Shown here: in pieces, positions 63,213 through 64,000 of the stretch
Position numbering within the stretch: position 1 is the stretch's first letter
Layout: every line of letters begins with the position of its first letter
Assembly (NCBI RefSeq): GCF_004010195.1
Contig: NC_057749.1
Location: forward strand, 12,788,254 to 12,852,253
DNA from: Chiloscyllium plagiosum
Taxonomy: Eukaryota
Reading direction: 5' to 3'
Length of the DNA: 64,000 nucleotides
Notes under the pieces: model-generated
Told to the model about the DNA's origin: nothing
What the model saw: the letters and a program-made list of their open reading frames with translations, nothing else
Database searches by the model: none
Translations under genes and position numbers: made by a program

Positions 63213-63360
63213 CACTGAAATTTTGTAATTTTCATGTCATATCCTATTGGCTCCTGAATGCAGAGATATCTCAGACTAAAGATTGTTGACTTTAAGCCCC
63301 TGGGCTTCAACTGATGTTCATTTTTAAACATTCTAAAACACAATGCTTAAAGCAACCTCA

Positions 63361-63483
63361 CCCTCTCTCTCACACACAAACACACACACAGACAAACACA
63401 CACACAATCCCTCTCACTCTCTCTCTCTCACACACACACACAAACACACTCTCACTCTCTCTCACACACACACACACACACAC
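63361..63483. repeat. Compound (CT)n/(CA)n microsatellite
   Basis: Alternating ctctct and cacaca tracts. Confidence 0.92.
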
Positions 63484-63789
63484 AAAAAATCAGAGGATCC
63501 TGGTTGAATTACTACCAGAAGTTGCTTCACTTTCAAAGTGGGGACAGGAAATGAGTGAAAAGTAATACAAAAACAGTAAAATAAACTGGAAAATGAGAAA
63601 CATGAGCATAAAAATGAGAAGATAGACAGAATATGGGGTTTTATAGAATATAGATGAGGAACATTAGGCTAGGTATCTCACAATAGAAAATATAGATTGT
63701 CATGATAGACTGAACAGCCTGATTCTGTTGTGTAAGGTTCTAATTATAGAATGGATTGATATTTCCACCCCAGGGGTTAAACTACAAGA

Positions 63790-64000
63790 AAAACATGACT
63801 TGTAGTCACATGAGGTTTGAACAGTTAAGAGGTGATTTGATTAAACTTTTAATGATATTATGGGTATACAGAAAGGAAAGATTGAAAAAGACATTTTGTC
63901 TGACTGGGGAACCTAGGATGCCAAGGAGAGTTGAAAAATGAGAAACAGGTTTTTTCAGGAGTGACATGGAAATATTTCTAAGCAAATGGGTTGCAGAGGT
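63790..64000 (+). mobile_element. Old CR1 3' fragment
   Basis: QLRGDLIKLLMIL-like translation. Confidence 0.55.

Overview
Vertebrate genomic DNA, almost certainly an elasmobranch (shark): it carries an HE1-type V-SINE and abundant CR1/HER1-like LINEs. The window holds coding exons 2-10 of one plus-strand gene, chondroitin sulfate proteoglycan 4 (CSPG4/NG2-like), from 13096 to 53191. All splice sites are GT-AG and the phases are consistent, giving about 2326 codons with two laminin-G domains, CSPG repeats, a TM helix and a C-terminal QYWV PDZ motif. The signal-peptide exon 1 was not found. The rest is repeat-dense: CR1/L2-group LINEs, tRNA-derived SINEs, a Gypsy gag/LTR remnant, minisatellites and three N gaps. 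Most notable: (1) about 18 Penelope-like insertions from at least four sequence families. They carry minimal hammerhead-ribozyme motifs, are often asymmetric palindromes pivoting at the ribozyme, and several have 11-16 bp target duplications. (2) An LTR expanded by two tandem, poly(A)-tailed ~1.8 kb units at the same site. (3) The CSPG4 protein lacks the Ser-Gly and Thr-Pro motifs at the positions matching the mammalian chondroitin-sulfate and ERK sites. Repeat boundaries are read by eye and approximate.
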